In this document: positions 34,070 to 47,735 of the stretch, in pieces | Position numbering within the stretch: the stretch's first letter is position 1 | Layout: every line of letters begins with the position of its first letter | DNA from: Selaginella moellendorffii | Lineage: Eukaryota > Plantae > Lycopodiophyta | Assembly: GCF_000143415.4 (NCBI RefSeq) | Contig: NW_003314290.1 | Coordinates: 372,001-436,000 of the forward strand | Direction: 5' to 3' | Length of the DNA: 64,000 nucleotides | The notes under the pieces: model-generated | What the model saw: only the letters and a program-made list of their open reading frames with translations | Told to the model about the DNA's origin: nothing | The model's database searches: none | Program-made: the position numbers and the translations under genes

Positions 34070-37000
34070 CTTGGCAATGCGGAAGAACTAGGTTCCTAAG
34101 CTATGATCTGTAGTGTGTTTTAAATATAAGTTGGTGCACCGGCGTAGGGAGTCACGCTAGGCATCTTGTGTGATGCCGTTCGTAGATGCATATACGGAGG
34201 TTGGGTTCGAGTCCCAACCCTCTAGTGCTTGGGTTCGAGTCCCAAATCACTAGGGCGTGGTGATGGTTTGGAATATGAGGACACTCATATTTCGGTGGTC
34301 ATGGACTCTCAGTGGGGAGACTGGTTTGGGCACACCGCCAAAAGAGGGATGCCTTGGAGTCATGATGCATGGTTAGATTGCTTATTGTGAAAGCTCGGCA
34401 TATCTAACTTGAACGCTTTGGTGCAAGTGGCACCAAGGACGTGGTGAGTGAGATGGGGACACCTAATCTTAGTTGCTATGGACCCTTGGCCGTAAGGGTT
34501 GGCTTGGATGCACCGCCAAGTGTGGGGGATGCCCCCGGGGTTATAGTCAACAACTTGAAGGTACAAATACCTCTTGGCAACTCTGTTAAGGTGCCAAGGT
34601 GAGATCATTAGGTGATCTTATGGCCAAATAAAGACAAGGTCCTTGGTTGGCTAAGGAAGGAAGTTCCTGGTTCAAAATGTTGATTTGAACTATTTAAGAT
34701 GGTGTGGCTTGGTCAAAGTGATTAAGTGGGAAGAGCACCTAAGGGAAATAAGCTGTGTCTATGCAATGGCATAGTGAGTCCGAGGAAAGTAGTCTCTATA
34801 AGAGATCCATGGGAGGGTCACGAAGTTGGGCCGTGGATAGAGCCCATAGTAGAAGATGCTAAAGAGACGTACTAGGAGTGAACATCCTCCGGACTTGGCA
34901 AAGAAGAATCTTTGCTATGGAATCGAATGGATACCTCGAAAATGGAGATAGTGATCCTATGTTGCTGGGTGCAACAATCAAGGATAGGAGCAAAGGACTA
35001 GTGGCCAAGTTTGGGCCATGGAATTTAATGGAAGGGATCCAAATAGCAAAGTTAGCCAAGGAATACTAATGTGTTTGATGCTAACGGCTTGTGGGAAAGG
35101 AAGTGGACTTCCAAGGATGGATTCCTAAGTGCTCCAATTTGGCGAAGTAAAAGCTCCAAGTGAGGGAGCGGCAAAGTAGCCAAAAGATAGGGCCGTGAAC
35201 AGCCCTAGCACAAAATATGATAACTGGAACTCAGTGCCAAAGGTGGCATGAAATCGAACAGAAGATGATGGTGCCCTCAAGTGGAGAACTTCCTAGGATG
35301 AGGAAGTGGAGTTGCACAATATGTGCAATGCAAGGTGTCGGAGACACCTAGGAAATTGACTTCGAGAAGTCAGAATTAAAAGTTCCAAAGTGCAAGGGTT
35401 ATAGCGCTGGAAAGTGAGACCACTCGAGAACGAGTAGTGGGATCGAGTTAGAAAAGGTGTCTCTAACAGGTTTAGGGAGAACTAAACCAATAAAAGGAGA
35501 GAACCACCACAAGTGGTCAAATGAGCCTTTAAGTTGGAGAGGCTATGCTCCTTAGAGGATGGACAAGGCATGGTGAGCCTTGGGTGTCAAACCATAGACA
35601 GATATTGGCTGGGTGCCAAGGATGGAAATGGTAACACATGCGGGTGTTACTTTATGAAAGGGTTTATCGTTCGATGAGGACATCGAACTTCATCTATGGG
35701 TGGTGGAGTTGTGAGACACAAAATCCCTAGGCCCCAAAGTGGAGCCGGAAGGGTGCCATGTGGTGGTGGCCAAAGCGAAAACCAAACGAGCGTAACACAT
35801 TTGGACTAAAAGCCCTGACTTGAAAGGTCGAGAGCGGGAGTGGAACTCCCAACAAAGTGCTCGAGGAACGAGCACGAAGGGAGCAATAAGCGAGGCTCCA
35901 AAAAAGGACCCAAAAGGACCAACACATGACACGTGGAAGTGTCCAAGATGGACCCGAGTTGGAGTCTGAAGTGGAGTCCAAGAAGCACCCCAAGATGGAG
36001 TCCGAGGTGGAGTCCGAGGTGACCCAAGATAGAGTCCGAGATGGATCCAAGATGGAGTCCGAAATGGACCTAAGATGGAGTCCGAGATGGAGTCTGAGGT
36101 GGAGTCCGAGGTGGAGTCCGAGGTGGACCCGAGATGGACCCGAAATGGAGTCCGAGATGGAGTCCGAGATGGACCCAAGATGGAGTCCGAGATGGACCTG
36201 AGATGGAGTCCGAGATGGAGTCCGAGATGGACCCGAGATGGAGTCCGAGATGGAGTTCAAGATGGACCCGAGATGGAGTCCGAAGTCGAGACCGGGACCG
36301 AGACCGAGACCGGGACCGAGACCGAGACCGGGACCGAGACCGAGACTGAGATCGGGACCGAGACCGAGGCCGAGGCCGAGACCGAGGCCGAGGCCGAGAC
36401 CGAGGCCGAGGCCGAGACCGAGGCCGAGGCCGAGACCGAGGCCGAGGCCGAGACCGAGGCCGAGGCCGAGACCGAGGCCGAGGCCGAGACCGAGTCCGAG
36501 TTCAAGTCTGAGAGGGTGAAAGCCCAAAGCGTTCGTCTCCCAGACCCTAGGGGGTTTGGTGAGCTCCAAAAGTATAGTAGGGTGAGGACTGCAGTGGAGC
36601 CAGTTTGGCCAGGAAAGGCCAGTTTGGCCCAGGAAGGCCGGACCCAGTGTTGGGTGATGAGCTGCTCACTGGGAAGTCCAAGACTAGAGTGAACACAGAC
36701 CGACAAGCAGGGTAGTTTGGTGAAGTGTTCAAGAGCCGGCTCTAGTTCCCCCGGGAGATCGACTGGCCGATGCTCCCAGTCCAAGTGTGGGTGGCACTAC
36801 TTACTTGGATACCTGGTGTGGCTCAACGGAACCTCGCTCTAAGCCCATGGCTAGAGCACCAAAAGGCGAGAGGTGGGGAGAGTACCCATGAGGCTTGCGT
36901 AAGGCCACGGTGTTCCAAAATGTTGTCCCAAAGTCCCAAACGGTGAAAGGGAAGAGGAACAATCCTCTAGTGCCGTGACCAAAGATACGGTCACATGGTG

Positions 37001-37505
37001 AGGAAGTCCCAAAGGATAGAGGGACTTAGAGGTCGGGCTTGCAGGCCTTGATTTAGTGGCAGTGTTGGCGAACACGGCCGTAGACAGAAAGGGACTTGAT
37101 GAGAACTGAAAGGGGACATCGGGGAAAGCTATTCCCCATGTCTGTGGGCATCCTAAGGATGCTAAGGAGTGGATCTGGGATGACCACTCATGGACAGATG
37201 GCCCAGTCTTGGAGAGACGGGATTGCAATGTAAGTGGTGTTGGACCACCGATGTGACTAAGGTGAAAGGGCATGGCCTAGCGTAATGGGCTGGTATATTG
37301 GTGGTACCTTGGAGTGCCGGTCATGGGATCAGACATGTGGAGCACTTGGACTAAGTGCAAAGGGGGAGTGGTATGGATGCCATTCTCGGGGCTAGCAAGC
37401 CCCAAGTTCTAACTGGGACTTATGGAGGTTGTGAACGAGACTCCTCTAAGTGGTCGAAGGTGCAGTTAAGTGACTAAAGTAAAATGGAAAAATTAGTCGC
37501 TTACA
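34070..37505 (+). mobile_element. Element A5: 5'-truncated family-A copy (3' interior plus 3' LTR 35710-37505) nested in A4
   Basis: Orientation flips at ~34070. PPT, then TGTGAGACAC...CGCTTACA. A4 interior resumes at 37506. Includes a structured-RNA copy at 34141-34365. Confidence 0.85.
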
Positions 37506-40500
37506 ATGTCTTTTAGCTTAGGCTATGCCATTCCTATTTCCATTAAGATTCCTTTAGGAAGGGGTTCTCATGAACTGCCAACTTAACCTCAAGGCATCAC
37601 CCCTTAGCATATTTGGTATCTCCACACCATCGGTTCCATGAGCCTATCTTTATAACACTTTCTGCTTGTGTCTAGGTTTTTGCCAAGATCAATACAGTTG
37701 TTTCTTATACCAACCATCCGTTAGCACTACATCATAGTGTTTACACACAACTTTGTGTCAAAGTTGTTTTGCTTTGGAAATACCTTTCCCACGACTTTAG
37801 TATGGCACATTCTGCCATCAATGAGATACCCATTGTTCTCATACTTGGATTTCATGATCTTCCCCATCCTTCGGGGGTACAACACACCTCAGTCCAAATG
37901 CTTCCATTCATTCTTTAGGACCATTCCTTGACTCCATTTGAGTCATCTAGCTTTTTGGACTTCATTAATCTGGTGACTTATAAGGTCTTATTTTTGAGGT
38001 GTCAGCTCATTAGAATACAACTTTTTGTATTCATGTCCTATTTATAAAGACCATTTTTGCAAATGCTACTCCGACACTTGATTATTTTTTATTCCATATG
38101 GGCTACTTTTGCCCCTTATGACTATTTGTCCATGTGATGAAAATACCAACTCATCCTCTAAGTACACCCCCAATCCCTTGGGTTAAACTATCATTTATTA
38201 AGGGTAGCCCTGGCTACTATTTCAAGGACTTGTGTCCTCATCCGTATTTGACCTCACATAGTCATTAATTCTGGTTTCAAATTTATGAGCACCACCCTCA
38301 ATTTGAGGATAATTTTGTGACTCCTTTACTGTTTTGGAGTCTTTATCTTTTCCGTGATCCCAACTACAGTTGTTTACCACAACTACAATAGCCAATTTGC
38401 TAAATCAAATGCTCATCTAGATCACATCCTCAACTCTCTAAGGAAAACTTTATACTGTTCCCAAGATCCCAAAGTCATTTCATTATTGGCCCCTTTCTAT
38501 CCACCATCTCGCCTACAAGTTCACACATGAACTGTAGTGGAGAGCCATGTCTTCTTAACCTGCTACTCCTCAAGGATAACCCCACTTCTAGGATCTTGCA
38601 ATGCCAACACCAGTAGTGATATACTTGAGCACCAATAAAAGTCAGACTAAGGAACAACTCCAATACCAAATTGTAAACAACTAATTTTTCCATTCTACTT
38701 TAGTCACTTAACCACACCTCCAACCACTTGGAAGAGTCTCATTCACAACCTCCATAAGTCTAATTCAAGACTTGGGGCTTGTTAGCCCTGAGAATGGCAT
38801 CCATGCCACTCAACCTTTGCACTTGGTCCAAGTGCTCCACGTGTTAGATCCCACAACCAACACCCCAAGGTACCACTAACATATCAGCCTGTTACACTAA
38901 GGCCACGCCTATTCATCTTGGTCACACCGGTGGTCCAACACCACCTATATCACAATCCCGTCTTTCACATACTAGGCCATCCATCCAAGAGTGATCATTC
39001 TAGATCCACTCCTTAGCATCCTTAGGATGCTCACAAATATGGGAAACAGCCTCTATAATATCCCTTTTTCGGTCCCTACCAAGTCCCTTTCTGTCTATGG
39101 CTGTATTCGCCAACACTACCACTAAATCAAGGCCTATAGCCCCAACCACCAAGTCCTACTGTCTTCTAAGACTTCCTCACCATGTGGCTGTATCCTTGGT
39201 TGCCACTCTAGAGGGCTACTCTTCTTCCTTTCCATAGTTTGAGACTATGGGATAACATTTCGAAATACTATGGCCCTATGTGAGTCTCATGGTACTCTCC
39301 CCACCTTCCGCCTTTGGGTTCTCTAGCTATGGGTTTAAAGCAAGGTTTTGCTGAGCCACACCAAGTATCCAAGTACATAGTCCCACCCATGCTTAGACTG
39401 GGAGCATTAACCATTTGATCTCTCGGGGGAACTAGAGTCGGCTCTTGAACACTTCACTAAGCTACCCTACTTGTTTGTCCATATTCACTCTAGCCTTGGA
39501 CTTCCCAATGGTTATCTCATCACCCAATAGTTGAGCATGGCCTTCTTGGGCCAAACTGGCCTTTCCTGGCCAAACTGGCTCCACTAGGGTCGAACCCCCA
39601 CACTCTCCCAACTATACTTTTGGAACCCCCTGTAGCTCCCCCCCCCGGATGATCACTTTGGCCCAACTATACTTTTGGAACCCCCTTTAGCTCCCCCCCC
39701 CGGATGATCACTTTGGGCTTTCACCCAACAGCCTGTATTAGTATTCAGACTCAGACTCAGTTTCGGTCTTGGTCTTGGTCTCGGTCTCTGTCTTAGTTCC
39801 ATCTTGGACTCCATCTTGAACTCCATCTCGGACTCTATCTCGGGTCCATCTTGGACTCTATCTAGGCTCCATCTCAGACTCCATCTTGGTTTCATCTCGA
39901 ACTCCATCTCGGACTCCATCTCAGGTCCATCTCGGACTCCATCTCAGGTCCATCTCGGACTCCATCTCGGGTCTATCTCGAACTCCATCTCAGGTCCATC
40001 TCAAACTCCATCTCGGACTCCATCTCGAGTCCATCTCAGACTCCATTTTGGACTCCATCTTAGGTCCATCTCGAACTCCATCTTGAACTCCATCTCAGGT
40101 CCATCTTGGACTCCTCCTTAGACTCCTTCTTTGACACTTCCACATGTCATGTGTTGGTCCTCTTGTCCCTTTTCTAAGGACTCACTTGTTACTTGCTTCA
40201 TGCTCGTTCCTCGAGCCCTTCGTTGGGAGTTCCACTCCCACTCTCGACTTTTCGAATCAGAATTTTTATTCCAAACGTGTTATTCCCATTTGGCTTCCAC
40301 TTCGGCCACTGCCACATGGCACCCTTTCAACTCCACTTTTGAGGCTTTGGGATTTGTGTCTCACACATTTGCAATAAAGGAACAATGTGTTCGAGTGGAG
40401 TTAAAGCTTTTACATCATAAGCAAGCTTGAATAGTATTGAGTTTATTGAAACCATATAAACTATTTAGTATGCCCAAAGAGCACTAAAGGTGCATTCATC

Positions 40501-40937
40501 CCAATCTTTTTAATTTGTTTTCATAATCTTTTTAAGTGTTTTATTTGTAAATTTGAGAGTAGTATGATGTTAAAGCTTTGTGTTTGATCGTGAATTCTTC
40601 AGTTAGAATCTTGATTATTTCATTGATCCGGACCTTCTTACCAAATTATAAACTTTTGAATTTAAACTTTTTGGAAAGCCCAACTTAGTATTACTTAAAC
40701 TCAAAGACCATTAACCTTAAATATTTCAAGACCCTTAACTAATTGGGAAAAAGGGTGCACTTTTATTCATGGGCCTTTTCCCTTTATACTTAAACCCTTA
40801 TAAATCACTCTTAAACTTATCTCAACTCATCAAAACCTTGTCCCACCTCCTGATTAACAAGTATATATTTGAGAGAACAATGTAGGCAATCGTGCATCCA
40901 GTCTCCAGTGCTCTCAAAGATCTTTACTATGACTCTT

Positions 40938-42409
40938 TGTAAGGAACCAACTCTCCAAAGTGTCATAGGCTAAAGGATCCCCAAAAGCACGATTGAAATG
41001 ATAAAAAATTTATCAAATGAGACTAAGTCCGAAATTGAATCCGAGACCGACTTTTAGACTGAATTTAATACCAAATCTAAGATCAAGTTTGAGACCAGCT
41101 CCGAGACCAAGTGCGAGACCAAGTCAAAGACCAAGTTTGAGACTAAGTCCGAGATCCAAGATTGGGTCTGAGACCGAGTTCGAGATCAAGTTCAAGATCA
41201 AGTCCGAGGTTGGGTCTGAAATCGAATCCGAGATCGAGTGTGAGACCGAGTCTAAGGTTGAGTCCAAGATTGAGTCTAAGAACGAGTCTAAATACTAATA
41301 TAGGTCATGGAGTGAAAGCCCAAAGCGTGTGTCTCCATGGCTATAGGGGGTTCCAAAAGTATAGTAGGGATAGTAAGGTCTAAGAATCAATCTTGAAGGA
41401 ACTCTCCAATTGTGCTTCCAAACTGACTTGAGGTTAAGATTAAAGCTTAGGGGCCTTAGGTGGGAGTAAGCATGGGTTCGGGTGGTGCTGGAAGGGCCAC
41501 CCAAGGAAGTGCTTAAGAGTAACTCTCACTCCCGAAAAGGAAACCAACTACAATGCTTTTGACTCATATAAAGTGGTGCCCCACTTAAGTACTTTGTGGC
41601 TCATTGGTCTTCATATAGAGTGATGCCCCACTTAAGTACTTTGTGCTTTGTGGCTCATTGGTCTTCATATAGAGTGGTGCCCCACTTAAGTACTTTGTGC
41701 TCCACCAAGAGGAAGGACATACACATGGATGCCCAATATGTACAATTTCAAATTTAGGGTAGGAATATACCTTGCTTAAGGGTATATTATATTTTTTAGT
41801 AGCCACTAATTAATGGGAATCGAACCTATGCCATTTGCTCTAATACCACATGTAACGCACTTTATTTCTCTCCCCTTAAACCAACTGAAAAAGGGGCAAT
41901 TACTTGATAAAAAAGCCTTTAGTGGCTATTTTATCCCCATTTATCTCCCAAGGTTCTAAGGATTCACAGTGACAGTATATCCAAATCTCATCCCATGATT
42001 ACATACGCTACATCTATACTAGGCAGTTAAGCCATAGTGTTTCCCCCCAACACCCCGAAGCAAATATTACACCTAAAGTTTAGAATTTAAAGGGTTTCAT
42101 GATTAAATCTTGTTGTATTAAGGGATGTTAAGGACCTGGAGGCTTGGTGTGCTTAACTGCTTATGCCTATAAGAAGTGTAGTCGAACTTTAAATCCAGTC
42201 TAACCTAAGGAAAGGGATTATGAGAGAATTTAGGAATCCCTAGATAGATGGTTAATGCTTCGTTGCTTGTACAATGAATTGCTGAAACCAAATAGAAATT
42301 GGTACAATAGATGAGAACTTTGGCGAGGGAACTTAACTAAAGCCAAAACTGTAGTGGTCGAATAAATAAAATAAACTAGCAAATTGGAAAGAAAAAATTA
42401 TAACTTACA
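40938..42409 (+). mobile_element. Old solo LTR of family B
   Basis: TGTAAGGAACCAACTC...CTTACA, colinear with the B1 LTRs but with many transitions. TSD CTCTT/CTCTC. Confidence 0.88.
41713..42012 (-). mobile_element. TRIM-like fragment inside the family-B solo LTR
   Basis: On the minus strand, TGTAGCG...GCGTTACA (~160 bp; 42012-41851), then PBS-like TGGTATTAGAGC, then GGTTCGATTCC. Homologous to 16430-16860. Confidence 0.6.
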
Positions 42410-42857
42410 CTCTCTTAGCACAATCTATGATGGAGGAGAGAAACTCCCAATAGTGACATCAAAATCATGACATCTCAAAGGAATAGCATTAAGTTGACAA
42501 GCTCCTTAGCACTCAGAGTTCTCCTGGATCTGCCCAAGATGTTGATCAGGCAAATATAGAGTGCCCTCTCCTCAGCACCATCCCAAAGGCTTGGCTGATC
42601 AAGATGAAGTGTTCTCAGCTTGGCTAGACTGACATGGCCACACAAAGTTACAATGCTCTGGAATGTCACCTAGTCCAGCTCAGGATTCATAAGCTGGAAG
42701 AGTTCCACTGCTCAGACCATGGGCATCCAGGAAACCAAGATGTACATTTTCATGCTCTCCAACATGCTCCTGGTGGGGGCCATGTTGATGTAAACTTGCA
42801 TGAGAGCTATCCATTAGACAATGATCTTGCGTAGGATCTTGTGAACGGCCTCTTGAA

Positions 42858-44200
42858 ATGCCCATTCTCCGAGCTGATCCTTTTGGCGAAAGTAAACTGC
42901 AGGGCATCCAAGAGCTTCTGATGACTACATTCCGGGAGTTTACGTCGCCATTGCCCAAACTTGCTTTTGGTATGCTCAACGCGAGCGATGATAAAGATTT
43001 GGAAGAATCCTTGAAGGAGGATGGAGCGAGTGAAAAAGAGGCCGCCGAGGGTGAGGGTTTCTTTCTTTTGTTGGCTGCTACTTATCCATTGATGCTTTCA
43101 GTCCGGCGAATGAACAAGACAGATGCAAGGTAAGAACCGTTACAGAAACGTACGTACTAATGTAGATCTGATGCCATTGCGCAGCTCCGACTTTGTCATG
43201 GGCTATGCCAAAGAGACTCCAGATCTTTTTGCAGAAGACGATGACGATGTAGAAGACCCGACTAGCCTGCAGCACAGGCACTCCAATGTTTTCGTCAAAG
43301 TTTACTGGGGCTTTTGCGAGGAACTGCGGGTGGCGGTGGACCTCAAGAACAGCACCAGTGGAAGGTACATAAGAAACCAAATAGCTCAAAGCTCTTGACA
43401 TGAAAACATTTGCTGCAGTAGTGAGAATGTCTATCAGCTGGCTGCTGTTGTGATGAAAAACCTGGCTCTAGAACGAAGGGAGCAGTTTGCATCCAGGTGT
43501 GGGGCACGGTGAGATGGTACTACGGGTATGTCGAAATCCACGAGTTTCTTCAAGTGGAAAACGAGAGTCTGGCTTGTAAGTGCAGAACAGAATATTCGTC
43601 TCCTAACTCGATCTAGGTTTTCCTCTGACGAAGAGAGAAGCTCTTTCTTTGACCGTCCCGGGGAGTGTGCCACCACATCGGAGAATGATCCGGAAGAAAT
43701 TTGCGGAATGGAAGGCGAATCTTTATGGTCAAGAGATGAAGATCCCAGATGGGAGGTATCCAGTGGGCAGGCTTTTCATCGATCCATGGGTATAGAGTTT
43801 CAATTTGATCTGTTTTTATTGTTTATTCGCATGAGTTTTAGGGACAAAGGATGTCAGGTTTTCGTCTAGACCAGAAGCTGACGGCGAGCTCGCGGCTGTT
43901 TTACAAAGGGATGCTGAAAACCTTGGTGGGTCGGGAGGTGACGAAATGGACTCCTCGCGACGTGAGTTTTTTTTTTTACAATGCGTATTATAGGAGAGGG
44001 GAGACGGTTAAGTTGGCGGAAAAGATCGGTATTCCAGAGGATCAATGATGTACCAGGGCTCATGCAAGAGTTGAAAAAATCTCGAGAAACTGGAAAATGT
44101 TGTTGATATGCATTTCAATAAAGTTGTATTTTGTTCCTAGTCGATCATTGCATATGTGGTGGCATCCTTGATCCCAGATCCGTGACTGTGAGTCTATGGT
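42858..44200 (+). other. Unidentified multi-exon gene or pseudogene
   Basis: Coding-like short ORFs separated by short GT-AG segments (e.g. GAGG|GTGAGG near 43050, CAAG|GTAAGA near 43130). No family recognised. Confidence 0.3.
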
Positions 44201-44837
44201 TGACTTGATGATAACAGCACACACGCACCAGGGGCAAATTGTGGCAGGGAAATCAACCTTTGACAAAATGCCAGCCAAAGATCTCATGTTGTGGACGAAT
44301 TAGGCGGAGTGGCGAAAAAATCCTCAGACTTCCGCCGCAGCCTCTCTGAGCCTCCCGACTTCCCAATCACCTTCCTATCCACAAAATCGAATGGGTGGCG
44401 GTCTATATATTACATTAATAATATTAAATCAACAAAGGCAAAACCTTTGGCGGCGGGAGATGAGCGACGAGGAAGCGAGAAAAGCAGACCCGGGAACACT
44501 AAGCAGAATAAAAATAGAGTGGCGGGGAGGTACCCTCGAGCGCGCAAACCCAAGATTGATCGGGGGCGGTGTCGATCGAGAGAGCGAAGCGGCAGCGAGA
44601 TTGATCGATCTTTAGGTTGCGAGGGTGATGAATCGGATCCTAGGTTCTTGGAGGGGCGCGGGGGGAAAGGGAAGAGGGGAGGGGAAACATGTTGATTCTA
44701 TCGTTTTCAGGGTGACCGGAATCCATATCCAGTCACCACCCTAACAGCCCTGACTGCTTTAGATCTTCTCCGACGATTTCTAAGAAACAATGCAATTCAA
44801 TTTTTCATGGTGATCTGTTTTTACAGGGACCAAGGAG

Positions 44838-47540
44838 ATGATCGCTGCTCGACGCTTCTGTGACGAGCTTCACAGCGTCAAGCTCGTCGTGTCTAACCAA
44901 GGTATGTTTGTTCCTTCATCTCAAAACCTTTCGGATTATCTTCGCAGGAAACATCCATTCATGAAGCGAGTAGTTTGCTTTCTTTCGAGTAGCATTTTAA
45001 AGGCCTCGTTGCTCCGGTAGCCAGGAAAATCTTCACGTAACTTGTCCCAAGGTGCATAGGTCTATCTTTTTCCCACTCTGTTCTATGTGGCCACTGTATT
45101 GTAGAGCAAAATGTAAGTCGCCCGGATCGAAACAAGACCTTTTCCAAGCAAAGTTGGTTGCCGCTCGTCATGTTCCTTGCGTAGATCCTGCATTTGATCT
45201 CACGCTTTTCTATTGCATCAAGAACCAGACAAGTGTTAAACCTAGAAACCTACTTTAAACGTTTTGAGGGTTAGGGCTTTACAATATTATGGCACTTCTC
45301 TGCTTCGTCGTCGACGCCTCGCGCCTCCAGGGCGCTGTTCTTGGATCGATCCAGCAGGTACGATCGCCATGCAGGCCTGCATTGGCATTGGCTTGGCTGA
45401 TCTTGATCGATTCAGTGCCTGTTGCGGCTTGCCAATCTAGCGGTGTTGCGATCACACCGGAGCGGCGCGCTGCCGGCGATCGAGAGCATAGGCTTGTGCG
45501 CCATCAAATTCGATCCGGGGGAGGAATCTTACAAGGTATGGATCTCTTAGTCTTTACCTTTCTCATGGATCCCTCTTGACTTTCAGCTGGAGATTGTCTT
45601 TGAGCCCCGAGCGCCTTTCAGCTACAGAGATTTCCACTACGCTGTTGTGAATGGTCTCACGGCTGCTTCTGCGATGTCCCAAGAAGGAACTGGACAAGGT
45701 AAACGGACATAACACTTTTCGTTTCACTAACTAACAACTCGATTCGATCGTTCCAGTGTCAAGCTTGTCTTCTCTACTTTCAAGTCAGTGGTCGCCAGAA
45801 ACAGCAACCAAGAGAATTGTCGTGATCACCAATTGTTTCTGTGAGCCCGCTGCATCCTTTAGACAGGCAATTCTCGTAAGTCCTACTCCAAATACGTAGC
45901 TAGTAACTTGGATGAAATCACTCTTTGTGTTTTGCAGGAAGCAGCGGCCAGATGCATCATGATTGACTTCATCGAGCTCGACCTCTCCGATCATACCAAC
46001 GACCAATGCCTGTACCCTCAGCCCAAGCTCACAGGAGAATTTCATGTCGATATCACGGAGTTCGAGAACTGCACCTTTCAGAGACTGCAATGGAGTTCGT
46101 TGCAAAATGGCTCCCTTTGCGTGCTCATGGTGTTTCTGATTGCTTTTGCCAGATTCAGCAAACATGTCACGTCTCGTCAAAGAGTGGCTGCAAGAACTTG
46201 GAACCGATGACGAAGGGTCACTCGAAGGAGTGCTTTGCTTCCAGTCACCTTTGCTCAACTCTACCAGGAAGATTTTTTGCACGCTTTATCCCGCCGTGTT
46301 GCGACTTCATGACGTGATAAAACCATGCCAGGTCTGTTTCCGAGGTTCTATCATATTTTCTTACCTGACATTTACAAATTCAGGCCTGTCGGTGCCATGG
46401 ATTACCGCTCGGTTCAATCTTACACTGCAAGAGAGCGATTTGTCCCGTCACAGGAAGTGACCTGGATGACCATGATCTTGCAAGAAGCTGTCTTCAAGTT
46501 GGAGAGGACACGGTAATGCAAATGCCTTCGCTGGTTGCTCCTCCAGAGCCTGGTGCAGCTGCTTACTTCCACGTAATTGGCTCCGTCTATCTAGCGCTGC
46601 TTAGTGAAAGTGTGCTATTTGGCATGCCGTACGTGGTGGTTTCTTCTTCGGAGGCCGACATTGAACTAAATCCTGGAGGGGCTGTTTCAACAAACAATGA
46701 TCACGGTACCATAGCATGCACTTTACATTTTTAGATCTGCTAACTCTGTCTGTTGTCCAGTCTTCGCAGCTCTTTGCCAAGAGTTGCACTCTAAGGACAC
46801 GGGCCTTCTCTGTAAGTCCGACACCGACATTGAAACTGGATGTCCTACTTCGTTCATCTGTTTCTACATTCTGTTGCCATCACAAAATGGCTCTCTCCTG
46901 GCCAAGGTAAACATTTGTTTTCGTATCTATCCCCATAAACTACGTTTCCCACCTTAGAGAATTGCCACGTCTGAGGAGCTGCTGCCGTTTCCTCCAGCCA
47001 TGCGCACCCCAACAAGCGTGCCTGACGATGTGAGGGACATGGTCAGCTTGTCTTTATCCAAGGTAAAAGGAAGGGAAAGGAGCGGTACTTATTTTGCGAT
47101 TTCTTTAGATGGAAGCGCAATCATACGATCCATTGCAGCATGAACGAGGCTGCGACTCGAAGCTTAGCAACGTTGTAAGCGAAAGCTTGCAGTTTCGGTT
47201 AGTTTATAGGTTTTAGGCACACATACCTCACTTCGTTTTGAATTTCAGTTCGTCAGCTCCGGAAGAGATAAGCCTCAGACCAAATAAGCAGTTTGTAACT
47301 GCAACCGCGGTTCTGGCTCAGAGCGCTGAGCAACCAATTGGAAGGCTTCGGAAGAATCTTCATAACGTTCTTCCTAGGCAGCAAAATTCAACAACACAAA
47401 AGCCATCATTGCCGCTCAACGCCTCACAAGTTTCCAAAGGAAGGTCGAGGAAGACAAAGTCGTGACAACGCAAGCGTCTAATAAGGTGTTGATATTACCA
47501 TTTTATTCTTGCTACTTATTTCATGTTACAGGTCAACGTG
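44838..47540 (+). pseudogene. Degenerate multi-exon gene, possibly a CxC/KDZ-type transposase remnant
   Basis: Many short GT-AG introns and frameshifted Cys/His-rich segments (CIMIDF..LDL.DH..DQCL, ACRCHG). The family call is speculative. Confidence 0.25.
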
Positions 47541-47735
47541 AATAAAATACCGACCAGGTAAGCTTGTAAGAATTATAGTCCTGCTTACGAGTAAAGCTTG
47601 CAGCAACTGATACGTATCGACAGCGTTTTAACTGCAAGAGCTGAGAGTTATGCGGGCATACAGTGGCCGCCGTTAGGAGATTCCGACAATGCCTGATTCA
47701 CTCCATTGGAAGCACCCAATCTTTTTCGAAGGACT

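Larger units (their letters stand above)
17107..40365 (-). mobile_element. Element A4: outermost family-A element, hosting A3, B1 and A5
   Basis: 3' LTR 17107-18791 with adjacent reverse-complement PPT. 5' LTR 38672-40365 with adjacent reverse-complement PBS. Perfect TSD CATTT at 17102-17106 and 40366-40370. Interior pieces at 18792-19843, 33727-34069 and 37506-38671. Confidence 0.9.
40855..42830 (-). pseudogene. PLS/E-class pentatricopeptide-repeat pseudogene split by a solo LTR
   Basis: AVELFQLM...VTFQSIVTLCGH...YICLINILGRS...AKELVNLMLF..D...MSLLG...H on one side of the LTR and AYIVLSNIY on the other. Several in-frame stops. Confidence 0.7.
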
